From Trichodesmium erythraeum IMS101 (GTDB lineage: Bacteria; Cyanobacteriota; Cyanobacteriia; Cyanobacteriales; Microcoleaceae): DNA of 32,000 bases. Both the position numbers and the translations under genes were made by a program. The stretch lies in assembly GCF_000014265.1 (NCBI RefSeq), contig NC_008312.1:3300001-3332000 (forward strand). The letters run 5' to 3'. The notes below the pieces were generated by a model that saw only the letters and a program-made list of their open reading frames with translations, was not told the origin of the DNA and did not search any database. Below are positions 10,984 to 20,293 of the stretch, in pieces; position 1 is the stretch's first letter; each line of letters starts with the position of its first letter.

Positions 10984-11595
10984 TCAACAAATAGGTTGTT
11001 TTCCTGGTTTGACAGCATGAATATACTCACTACCAGAATTAGGCCAACCTCTCCGATAAGCTGCTGACTCTGGTTTTCCCCATCCCAATTGTAGAAGCAT
11101 CTCCAAAAAGCTTGATTTTTCCCATTTCAGCATATTGACCCATTCTGTACGTTGAGCGATCGCCTCTACCTCATATATCTCTATTTGGCGAAAGTCTCGA
11201 CCATGACTCACACTTAAATACAAATCCATTCCTATCGTCACTTGGTTCCAGAAATCTAACACAGAAACCTTTGCTCCCTGCAAAATTTCTAAGTCATCGG
11301 ACAAAGCAATTAACTGTTCATGCACAACAGGAAAACTAATAGTTCTACCATTAACCATAACTTGTCGCCAAACAATACCAGAGACCAAATATTCTCTTTG
11401 GTAGCGATGAATAGCAGCTTTAAAATCTTGATAAGCAGTAAACTTTTGGAAAGCTTCTGGTTTGAGAAATTGGTCAACCACTGGGTTTCCAGTATGGGGA
11501 GTTGCAGCCAAATTAAGACGTTGCCCTAGAAGACAAGCTTGGCGCTCTGTAGCTAAGATATCTATTAGCTCGTTAGTGCTGTAGACCTTTGACAT
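10984..11595 (-). CDS. hypothetical protein (no motif recognised)
   Basis: 203-aa ORF with balanced, non-low-complexity composition and higher G+C than its flanks. It contains a HIP1 site. I recognise no catalytic or domain motif. Confidence 0.6.
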   Translation of the reverse strand: MSKVYSTNELIDILATERQACLLGQRLNLAATPHTGNPVVDQFLKPEAFQKFTAYQDFKAAIHRYQREYLVSGIVWRQVMVNGRTISFPVVHEQLIALSDDLEILQGAKVSVLDFWNQVTIGMDLYLSVSHGRDFRQIEIYEVEAIAQRTEWVNMLKWEKSSFLEMLLQLGWGKPESAAYRRGWPNSGSEYIHAVKPGKQPIC

Positions 11596-11797
11596 AAGAA
11601 CACAAATTAGTCAGGGTTCAATAATATCCTTTTATTTTGACACATTTTTAGCTAGGGAGTAGAGAATCAATCAATCAGAGTAAGTTTTTTTTCTTTCTGG
11701 TTGTAAGGAACAATAATTAGCTAAAAACTAAGGGTTGTGCATCAAGAAAGTGTAGAAATGGTAGTATAATTACAGTCCTTCAATACCTTTAATTCTT

Positions 11798-11924
11798 GTG
11801 GAATGTCCTCTGTGTGGCCATCACAGAACTCCAGTCTTATAGAAAGACAAGCATTGTCACTCAGGGATATAATTGTCCCAAATTCCTGCAAATTTTCAGT
11901 GACACTTTCAACGCTCTATACTAA
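11798..11924 (+). pseudogene. possible transposase zinc-ribbon fragment (IS1595/IS1-like N-terminus)
   Basis: It reads VECPLCGHHRTPVL* and, in a shifted frame, GYNCPKFLQIFSDTFNALY*. This resembles the CPxCG...(R)YxCxxCxxxFSxTxGT zinc-ribbon N-terminus of some transposases. It is broken by a stop and a frameshift. Confidence 0.3.
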
Positions 11925-12267
11925 AGTAGACAAGCTCAACCTGAACAAATATACTTCTCATACTTCCAAAGAAAATACTGTTGCACAAAGAGCTAGATTC
12001 TGGTTTCGCTGCGCTACATAGGTATATGCAGTAAGTGTCGCAGCTATATCGCTCCTTGGGGTGGGAGAGACCTAATTACTCATCCCGAATTTTGCTGACG
12101 CACCACTTTTTTATCACTTTAGTAAATAGAGTTGTTAGGAATTAAGCCCAAAAAATTCCTTAAACCCAAAACAAGTTCAGGTTTAAGCATAATTTTAATT
12201 ATTAAAAGTCTGAAAACCTTATATAGTAAACTTTTGACTATTTTACATTTTCCCAGACCCAACAAAT

Positions 12268-12419
12268 CTAATAGAGATCAGCAAACGCTTCAAAATACTC
12301 CTGGTCATTAACTTTCAGTGTTTCTCCCCTACCCCCTCCCATACCAGAGCCACATCTCCCTTTTCCTCTAGATGTTTTATCAACAGGTCACAAAGCATTG
12401 CGACTAATGTCAAAAGCTC
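12268..12419 (-). pseudogene. possible second IS630-type OrfA fragment
   Basis: The minus strand reads ELLTLVAMLCDLLIKHLEEKGDVALVWEGVGEKH*KL.. and, frame-shifted, KVNDQEYFEAFADLY*. This resembles the ..RYEETGDV.PK.RGGG...KL.. segment of IS630/Tc1-like OrfA. Confidence 0.3.
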
Positions 12420-12611
12420 TACAAACATCAATCTTTCCCTAACCTTAATCATAGGTAGCTACAGATTTCTTTCAATATATCTATACTATAAGCAGATAGC
12501 ATAATCAGCGATCGCTACTTTAACCCATTTTGTATTAGATCCTGAGTTTTTCTTACTCTTGAAATCTTGAAAATATCTTAATTCATAGCTTAGTTCACCC
12601 ACACCACTAAA

Positions 12612-13734
12612 TTAAGTAGACTGACTTTCGACCATTTGATTTTCCTGGCGTAAATAAGCCTCAATAAATTGGTCTAACTCACCATTCATCACATCATTAA
12701 TAGCAGTAGTTTCCTTCTGAGTCCGTAAATCTTTAACCATTTGATAAGGATGGAAAACATAGTTACGAATTTGATTACCCCAAGCAGCTTCTACCATATC
12801 ACCGCGAATTTCATTAATTTCTTGAGCACGTTGCTCTTGAGCAATTATCAGTAACCTAGCTTTCAATAATGCCAAAGCTTTATCCTTATTTTGTAACTGA
12901 CTACGCTCTTGGGTACAACGCACAGAAAGACCTGTAGGAATATGAACTACTCGCACCGCCGTTTCTACTTTATTCACATTTTGACCACCCTTACCCCCAG
13001 AACGAGAAGTTGTAATTTCGAGATCCTTCTCTGGAATATCCAATTCTACAGAATGGTCTAATATGGGCATCACCTCCACACCAGCAAAACTAGTTTGTCG
13101 TTTGCCATTAGCATTAAAAGGTGAAATTCTGACTAAGCGATGAGTACCTTTTTCCGCCTTCAAGTAACCATAAGCATACCGACCAATAATTTCTAAAGTT
13201 GCAGACTTAAGACCTGCTTCATCCCCCTCAGAAATTTCGGCCAACTGCACCTTATACTTATGCTCTTCTCCCCAGCGAGTATACATCCGCAACAACATTT
13301 CTGCCCAATCTTGAGCATCTGTACCTCCTGCCCCAGCATTAATAGTCACCACTGCTCCATTTTGGTCATATAGACCAGATAATAATTGCTGCAACTCCCA
13401 TTGGTCTAACTCCTGGTTGAGATTAGCAATTGTTAAATTAGCTTCTGCTAGTAAAGATTCATCTGTTTCTAGTTCCAATAACTCAACGATCGCTCTAGTA
13501 TCTTCCAGATTATTTTGCCATTGTTGATATTGCTCAAGATGGGATTTCAGATCATTCAGTTGTTGCAGAATCTTTTGTGCCGTCGTTTGGTCATCCCAAA
13601 ATTCCGGTTGAGCTGCAATTTGTTCTAAATCTTGGATTTTAGCTTTTAATGCAGGAATGTCAAAGATAGTCCTGGGTTGTGCCCAGGCGAAAGGACAAAT
13701 TTTCTATTTCTCGTTTAATGGCTAATACTTCCAT
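12612..13734 (-). CDS. prfB: peptide chain release factor 2, requires programmed +1 frameshift
   Basis: The long ORF 12612..13478 carries the RF2-specific SPF motif ([15 protein letters not shown]) and GGQ ([11 protein letters not shown]). Frame-0 ATG at 13734 gives [24 protein letters not shown] followed by TGA. A +1 shift at CTT TGA C continues [25 protein letters not shown]... in frame with the long ORF (13661 to 12612 = 350 codons). The total is about 373 aa. Confidence 0.95.
13659..13665 (-). other. prfB: prfB +1 recoding site CTT TGA C
   Basis: On the minus strand CTT = 13665-13663 and the in-frame TGA = 13662-13660, followed by C. The upstream purine-rich CAGGAC sits at the position of the stimulatory SD-like element of the classical AGGGGGTATCTTTGAC site. 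Confidence 0.9.
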
Positions 13735-14001
13735 AGAGATCTCTCCTAAATTTAAAACTAGACTTAGTACTATAATCAAAATTATTTGTAGTATAGCATT
13801 CAGCTATAAGCTATCAAATCAAGTAAAAACTATTGGCTCTCAAGGACTTCAATTTTCTCAATATCTTAATAATTTTAGGACTTACCCAGGTGCGCGACCA
13901 ACTTCTCAGATAAATTATTGTTTTTGAGAAAAGACTTTACAAAAGAATTGACAAAAGACTTGGGCAAAAAAACTTAGTTTCTGGATTAGCCTGGGTAAGT
14001 C

Positions 14002-14030
14002 TTGACTTTTTTGTAGTGTTATAGGATAAT
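14002..14030 (+). promoter_or_regulatory. near-consensus sigma70-type promoter-like element (TTGACT-17-GATAAT)
   Basis: TTGACT at 14002-14007, a 17-nt spacer, and GATAAT at 14025-14030. No plus-strand ORF lies downstream. AT-rich DNA produces such matches by chance fairly often. Confidence 0.3.
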
Positions 14031-14316
14031 GTAACTGAAGTTAAAACTTTTTTTTGCAATTGGCGTAATCTGAAAAGTTGATCATTATACTTCCATAATT
14101 ACTAACTTTGTTGACAAATCTACTCAAACTTTATCAGGCTTTAACCTTACAAAACTAAATAGAAACCTCTTGATCAGCTTTCCATCAAAAACGGAGTTAC
14201 CAGCTTGCTCGTGGGTAAAATCTTCAAGAAACCATTCACATCTCCATTGTATTTGATACCTTGGGATGATTAGAATAAACCACATAGTTCTTAAATTTTA
14301 GATAAAATGCCCAGAG

Positions 14317-14343
14317 GTAGGGGTTTAGTAGCGAAACCCCTAC
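14317..14343. terminator. strong hairpin downstream of the BI-1 gene
   Basis: gtaggggttt (14317-14326) and aaacccctac (14334-14343) form a perfect 10-bp G/C-containing stem with a 7-nt loop. It lies 47 nt beyond the stop of the minus-strand gene 14390..15124. On the minus strand it is followed by cucugggcauuuuauc. Confidence 0.5.
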
Positions 14344-14389
14344 AGCAGCAGTAGAGTTATTTCATCAACTGCTCACTGCTATTAACAAC

Positions 14390-15124
14390 CTAGTCGCGAC
14401 TACCACCACTAATTGCAATTAGAAGTCGTAGAATAAATATGAATAGGTTGATATAAGTTAAGTACATTGAGAGAGCTGCGAGAACATACTGATCGTCGCG
14501 ATAAGTACGGGGCATAATATAGAAATCTACTACTGCAGCACCAGCAAATAAAAATACACCAATACCAGAAATGGCAATTTCTAACCACCCTGCAGTATAG
14601 ACACCAAAAAATCTCAAAATAACTTGGCCGATAACCGCCACCAATAATGCAGTTATTCCTAGGCTCACAGTTCTTGTTAAAGCCATTCCATCTTCTTCAG
14701 ACAAATTTGATCCTATTTGACGAGCTGCAATAAAGGTGACACCACAACCACCAGCTGCAAAACCTAGTCCCCCAAGACCTACTCCTTGCGTATTTAAAGC
14801 TATATATACTAAACCAGCCAGGGTATATCCTGATAGCAAGCTATAAGTAGCTAATAAAGGTAGAGCCACATTATTATTACCCTTTTCCGCAATTGTACGG
14901 GCAACAAAAAATAGGGCTAATTCTGCTACCAATGCTATCCAGAAGGTAGTTTGAAATAGACCAGGGTTAGATTTTAAGACTCCTAGGCCACCAAATATAC
15001 CTACTGCTGTAAGAACGAGGCCACCGCCTACAAAAGGTAAAGCATTAACAATGACATTAGGGCCAACTAACGATTGGCCTTTGGCATCACGCATTGCTTG
15101 ACGGAAATTACTGGTATTAGCCAT
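14390..15124 (-). CDS. Bax inhibitor-1/YccA family membrane protein
   Basis: 244 aa with about 7 TM helices and the characteristic C-terminal stretch LSMYLTYINLFIFILRLLIAISGGSRD (compare LYLDFINLFLxLLR in BI-1/YccA proteins). Confidence 0.8.
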   Translation of the reverse strand: MANTSNFRQAMRDAKGQSLVGPNVIVNALPFVGGGLVLTAVGIFGGLGVLKSNPGLFQTTFWIALVAELALFFVARTIAEKGNNNVALPLLATYSLLSGYTLAGLVYIALNTQGVGLGGLGFAAGGCGVTFIAARQIGSNLSEEDGMALTRTVSLGITALLVAVIGQVILRFFGVYTAGWLEIAISGIGVFLFAGAAVVDFYIMPRTYRDDQYVLAALSMYLTYINLFIFILRLLIAISGGSRD

Positions 15125-15926
15125 AATTTTTTCTCTTAGTTAATCAAAAAGAATTTCTATTTATAATATTGTGACACTGGAGTTGATTTTGTGCATATAC
15201 CAAATCCACTATTATGTGAAGTTGACGTACAAGCAAATTTAGGATTCGATGGCTCAGTAACAAACGTTGATATTAGACTTCTCCTCCAAAAAGCTTCTCA
15301 AACCCTTATACTCCTTTTCCAAAATCAGTATTTTTGGATATATATATTATAATGAAACCTGACGAAACATTGCTTGAAATAACGACATTATTTAAGTTTT
15401 GGTGTAGTTGTTACAGGTTTAGTTGCTACCCATCCTCAGAAAAACTCCTAGGCAAAATTTCATAAGACAATTTGATTATTTTTGCAGTTCTTTTAACATA
15501 GTTAAGTTATTTGATTTTTTTTTCGTTATGGTCAAACAATAGACGTTTTTGTATTTTTTTTAAAATTATATCTGCTATATTATATCTGTGAATTAATATT
15601 AGTTATTGTTCAGTTTTTCATTTATATTTTTACTTTTTTGTCAGAGCAAGATTTTTCTATTCATCATTATTATCTAGCCTATATATATTTCATTATGTAC
15701 TATAAAAATCGTAAATTATATTAGATAAAGTATGATATATATTCAAATTAGCTACCCTTAACAATTGTACTTTTCTATGATACTTTATTTACATTCAAAA
15801 TTATTTAGGATTAGTATATATATAATCAATTATTGTTTTGTTATAATTTATTTATTGTGCCCATAAATATTCATTTTTTTATCATAATTGTTCTGACAAA
15901 CTCGATAGCAATAATTATTGCAATAT

Positions 15927-16064
15927 TTATATCAAATAATCAAATATATTGTTGATAGTGAACTCACCTACACCAAAGTTAATTCCTAGTATTAGCAAAT
16001 GTGGGTATATGATGTAAATAGTATGTATAAAGTTAAAATAATTTGCTCTTCTACTTTTAGTCAT
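15927..16064 (-). CDS. candidate small hydrophobic protein (45 aa) with canonical Shine-Dalgarno
   Basis: The ATG at 16064 is preceded by AAGAGGAGGT (GAGGAGG = 16074-16080), an unusual G-rich heptamer in very AT-rich DNA. It encodes MTKSRRANYFNFIHTIYIIYPHLLILGINFGVGEFTINNIFDYLI*. I recognise no homology, and 45 open codons could arise by chance. Confidence 0.25.
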   Translation of the reverse strand: MTKSRRANYFNFIHTIYIIYPHLLILGINFGVGEFTINNIFDYLI

Positions 16065-17629
16065 TTATTTAGACCTCCTCTTAATTTAATTATTTCTTTT
16101 TTTATTTGAGCTATTTTTAGCTTTTTTATTTTTATCTATAATTTTAGCATTTTTTACTAATTTTTTTCCATTTCTTATCAGTAAGATTAACAATTATTTT
16201 TCTTTGTTTTGGATAGTGATTAATATTTTCTAATATTTGATTCATTAGGAGATATTTTTTACAAAATATTCACTACGATTATAGCTTAATTTTTATTTTA
16301 GAGATATCTATTATGTAAAAAGTACTTAATACTAATTGCTATAAATAATGCCAAGTTTGGTAAAAGTTTAGTTATTCAAGAATTCAGAGAAAATCAACAA
16401 CTTTTTTACTACTATTACTTCAATTAATATTAATTTTTAATTTTACTTATTGTCTATTATCCCGCTAACCTTACCCTACTTTTATACTCAATAAAATGTA
16501 GATTTTTTTTTATAAATGTCATAATATAGGGCTACGCAGTATTATTAATGCAATGATATAATGATAAAAATTAAACAAATAATGGAAAAGAAATTCTTCA
16601 GCCTTATAGTTATAATTTACACTCCTTCAAATTAGTATTCTCAAGCATTAAATAACTTACGCAGTCACCATAATATATACTAGGGGGCAACAACCTTAAT
16701 ACTGATAAATAGTATATGATTTAATATTACTGAGTAAGTATATATCAAGTCTAAATAATATCAAAATGACTTACACAAAGGCAATAAATATAGTGCAAAT
16801 ATATCAAATAATCACCATTATTAATAATAAAAATGTCAGATAATTTTAAGATAAATTTAGAGAGAATTTGTCTAGATATATAGATAGCAATTATCCCTCA
16901 AGACTCAATTATAAAGAGTGATAATTTAATTAAAAAGCTATAAAAATGAGAGCAAATAAATTTCCACATTTTTGGGTTGCCTAATTAATCAATTAAGAAA
17001 AACTTAATTGAGACTCTCAGGAAATTTATTAAATATGAAAGGATTAAATTTGATGCTTATGAGAGTTTGCAAAGTTTACTATGGTAATTTTCAGTTAAAA
17101 ATATATCATTAATTTTGTTTAGCCACTTAATTTTCCTTTGGTTAAAAAGCTAAACTCTATAACAAGACAAGAATCAACCCATAGAACATGTAATCAATTC
17201 TATGATTCTACAAGAATTGTAGCCCGAATCAATCAAGTAAAAAAGGTGCTCCAAATCCCCAAATTCAATTATCTAGTAGAGTACAAAATAACTAGTTATC
17301 AAGTATTTCCAGAACAAAATACAATTGAGTTGCAAAATAGTTTTAAAGCTAGTGTCTTTGACTTATGAACTAACCATGATTTAGTCTAGTGCTCAGAATA
17401 GTAAATAAGTCGTATTAGAGTTATTAGATTTGAGGCGAGGTTATTCTGCTCAGTTTTTAGTAAACCTTGAGAGAAAAGAAACTCATAATTTTGAAGAAAA
17501 TTTAGTAGGAATTAATTTAAGTTTAAATGCTGTTTATACTGATAATAATAATAATATTAAAGTAATTATATAATTATAAATATATACTTTATAATAAATG
17601 CTAAAATTTTGTAATAAAAATCGTAAATT

Positions 17630-18853
17630 ATGTTGCCAAACGACTTACTTTCTCATCGTCAAATTGGAGAAACAATCATTCCTCAAAAGCTAAAAATAGA
17701 TGCCAAAAATTTAACTATTGCCATGGAAATGATTAATTGTTTCCAAGAAACATTGGGAAAAACCCAAGGAAAACTTGATAAACGTTTACAGTCAATTGAA
17801 GGGGATGACACTAATTATCGCTTTAAACGAGGATTAGCACATATTCTCAGAGGCAGTTTTTCTACTTTTGAAATAATGAGTCCTCTTGAACCGATAGAAT
17901 TAAGAAATCGTGTTTTTGCTATGGCAGCAGAAGTTGCTCCTAGTATTAGAGCGACACAATTAACTTTAGAGAATTTAGCAACTAAATTAAGTCAGGAGTT
18001 AAACCAAGAAGTTGTACCTGATGAAATTAAAAAAGGTCTCTATGCAGACTTACAAGAAAATCGAATTTTGACTCAATTTGATGCTCCTAAACCAGAAGAT
18101 TTATTACATAGATATAACCTTTCTCAAGTTCAAGGTATTTTTTATAAAGCTAGTCATATTAAATTAAATGCTTATCGCAACGATCCAGGAGAATATAAAC
18201 TGTTATTTAGATATGTGAAATTATTTCAATTAATGACTTATATTGAAGGAGATGCCGACAAAGGTTTTACTCTTACAATAGACGGTCCCTATAGTTTATT
18301 TAAACCTAGCATTCGTTATGGTTTAGCATTAGCAAAAATGTTGCCGGCATTATTGCATGTTACTAAATGGAATTTACACGCAACTTTACAAAATCGTGAC
18401 CCTTTTAGTGGAGCTTGGAAAACAGGTATATTTAGTCTTAATTCTGATTGTGATTTAGTTAGTCATTATCCACCAGGAAAACCTTATGATAGTATGTTAG
18501 AAGCATCATTTGCAGAACGTTGGGCAAAGTTAAAAACTAAGTGGAAATTAGAAAGGGAAGTTGATTTAATTCCTATTCCTGGTAGTGTCATGATTCCTGA
18601 TTTTAGACTAATTCATCCTAACGGAGTATCATATTTATTGGAAATAATTGGATATTGGCGACCAGAATATTTAAGAAAGAAATTTGCTCAGGTGCGTAGT
18701 GCTAAATGTGATAATTTAATATTGGCTATTTCTGAACGATTAAATTTAGAAAAGGCGGGTGTAAATGTCAAAGATGTATCAGTGCCTATTGTGTGGTTTA
18801 AGAATAAGTTATTACCTAAGTCAGTGTTGGAAATTTTAGACTCTATTGAGTAG
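17630..18853 (+). CDS. DUF790 / Bax1-type endonuclease family protein
   Basis: 407 aa. The N-terminal pattern (LLSHRQIGETIIPQKLKIDAKNLTIAMEMINCFQ...) and the C-terminal nuclease-like block IPDFRLIHPNGVSYLLEIIGYWRPEYLRKKF...NLILAISERL match the DUF790 family, the Bax1 partner of XPB-type helicases. Confidence 0.8.
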   Translation: MLPNDLLSHRQIGETIIPQKLKIDAKNLTIAMEMINCFQETLGKTQGKLDKRLQSIEGDDTNYRFKRGLAHILRGSFSTFEIMSPLEPIELRNRVFAMAAEVAPSIRATQLTLENLATKLSQELNQEVVPDEIKKGLYADLQENRILTQFDAPKPEDLLHRYNLSQVQGIFYKASHIKLNAYRNDPGEYKLLFRYVKLFQLMTYIEGDADKGFTLTIDGPYSLFKPSIRYGLALAKMLPALLHVTKWNLHATLQNRDPFSGAWKTGIFSLNSDCDLVSHYPPGKPYDSMLEASFAERWAKLKTKWKLEREVDLIPIPGSVMIPDFRLIHPNGVSYLLEIIGYWRPEYLRKKFAQVRSAKCDNLILAISERLNLEKAGVNVKDVSVPIVWFKNKLLPKSVLEILDSIE

Positions 18854-19075
18854 ATTATATAACCCTAAAGATAAGTCAAAATTTCTCTTTTTCAAGTTGA
18901 TAAAATTAACATAATTCGATACTTTTAATTGTTAAAAATATTAAGCACCTAAACAGAATTATTTACATTAAAACTAGGGTTCAGCTCCTATAAAAGTAAC
19001 CTGGATAAAAGTCTAAATCTCACTTTTAACTATCTTTGATTAAAACTATTACATACTTATAATTAAATTATTATA

Positions 19076-19420
19076 TACCATCCTCGAATCCTAGGATTAG
19101 GTCTATGCTTATTCGGTGGACGATGATGAAAGTATCTCTTTCTACACTGTCTTTCTCTATTACTTCTTCTACCTCCATTCAAGGTATAATATCCCGTACC
19201 ACCTCTAAGGATTTCATCAACATCCTTACCCAATAGTTGATTATTACCTCAGTTTTTATAGGGTGTATTCTTGCCTTCACCTTTATCTAAGACGTCGTTA
19301 TTTTTACTGCTACTTACTTTCCCTTCCATACAATGTATTTTCTCTAGGGTTGCCGTCTACTTTATTACCTAATAATGCTGAGTAAATTTCTGTACTGCTG
19401 CTCTCTGCAAAAATATTGTT
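19076..19420 (-). pseudogene. decayed RTX (hemolysin-type calcium-binding repeat) gene fragment
   Basis: The minus strand, across shifting frames, reads GNKVDGNPRENTLYG / NNDVLDKGEGKNT / GNNQLLGKDVDEILRGGTGYYTLNGG / RDTFIIVHRISIDLILGFEDG. These are degenerate GGxGxDxUx nonapeptides followed by the D.F.....G.D.I.DF..G tail seen in cyanobacterial RTX-type proteins. Stops and frameshifts are numerous. Confidence 0.5.
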
Positions 19421-19523
19421 ACCAATAGTTTCTTTTATTATGTTAATATAAACAGTTATTTATTGGCAACTGCTTCCCAAAAAATAATTCTAATATTTTT
19501 GTAGTTTAGGATATACTTCTTGT

Positions 19524-20183
19524 ATGAAAAAGTTAGTAATAAAAACTTTAAAATGTGAAAATATTATTTCAACCTATATAAAATTTAGTAATTTATACAG
19601 ACTAATATTTTTAAGTTTAGGAATAGTTCTTGTAATCAGTTGGACACAGCAACAAGTTTATGGCTATACTCCAATCAAAAATAAATCTGTAGTTGATACA
19701 AATGGGAAAAAATTAATCGCAAAAACTCCCAAGATAAAGCCAAAATCAATAACTATAAAAAAAGCACTAAATAAACTTTATATTAAACCTAATGAAACAA
19801 TTTCTTTAGTCATAAAATTAAGCGATCGCCGTGTCTATGTCTATAAAAATGACCAATTAAAAACCAGCTACCCAATAGCTATTGGTAAAGAAGGATGGGA
19901 AACTCCCACAGGAACCCATAAAGTTATCCAAAAAATACCAAATCCTTCTTGGACACATCCCTTTACAGGAGAAATCATACCTCCTGGACCAGAAAATCCT
20001 TTGGGGGAAAGATGGATTGGTTTTTGGACAGATGGCACGAATTATATAGGTTTTCATGGAACCCCTAACGAAGAAACTGTAGGACAAGCAGCCTCTCATG
20101 GTTGTGTGAGAATGTTCAACCAAGATGTGCTAGATCTATTTGAAAAAGTAACCATTGGTACAATTGTCGTAGTAGAACCTTAA
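19524..20183 (+). CDS. L,D-transpeptidase (YkuD domain) family protein
   Basis: 219 aa with an N-terminal membrane anchor. The YkuD domain has the catalytic motif GFHGTPNEETVGQAASHGCVRM. Confidence 0.9.
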   Translation: MKKLVIKTLKCENIISTYIKFSNLYRLIFLSLGIVLVISWTQQQVYGYTPIKNKSVVDTNGKKLIAKTPKIKPKSITIKKALNKLYIKPNETISLVIKLSDRRVYVYKNDQLKTSYPIAIGKEGWETPTGTHKVIQKIPNPSWTHPFTGEIIPPGPENPLGERWIGFWTDGTNYIGFHGTPNEETVGQAASHGCVRMFNQDVLDLFEKVTIGTIVVVEP

Positions 20184-20293
20184 AAAAATACAAGTAAAGT
20201 TTAATTAAAACATTTTTAATATCCGAATTGTATTAAAATATTATCTCACTAGTTTTCAGCTAACTAATTAAGTGGGATATTTGAGGAGTCAAA

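Noticed and set aside
11320-11529. 69-aa plus-strand ORF
   Set aside because: It is an antisense shadow within the 203-aa minus-strand ORF.
13679-13927. 82-aa plus-strand ORF
   Set aside because: It overlaps the true 5' end of prfB (ATG 13734, minus strand) in antisense. It starts with a non-ATG codon and has no motifs.
17138-17368. 76-aa plus-strand ORF in the AT-rich island
   Set aside because: It has a TTG start, no SD and no motif. Its composition matches the surrounding non-coding DNA.
15125-17629. Replication origin (oriC) in the AT-rich island
   Set aside because: Only one DnaA-box-like 9-mer (atttccaca, about 16959) was seen. There is no box cluster and no dnaA/dnaN nearby.
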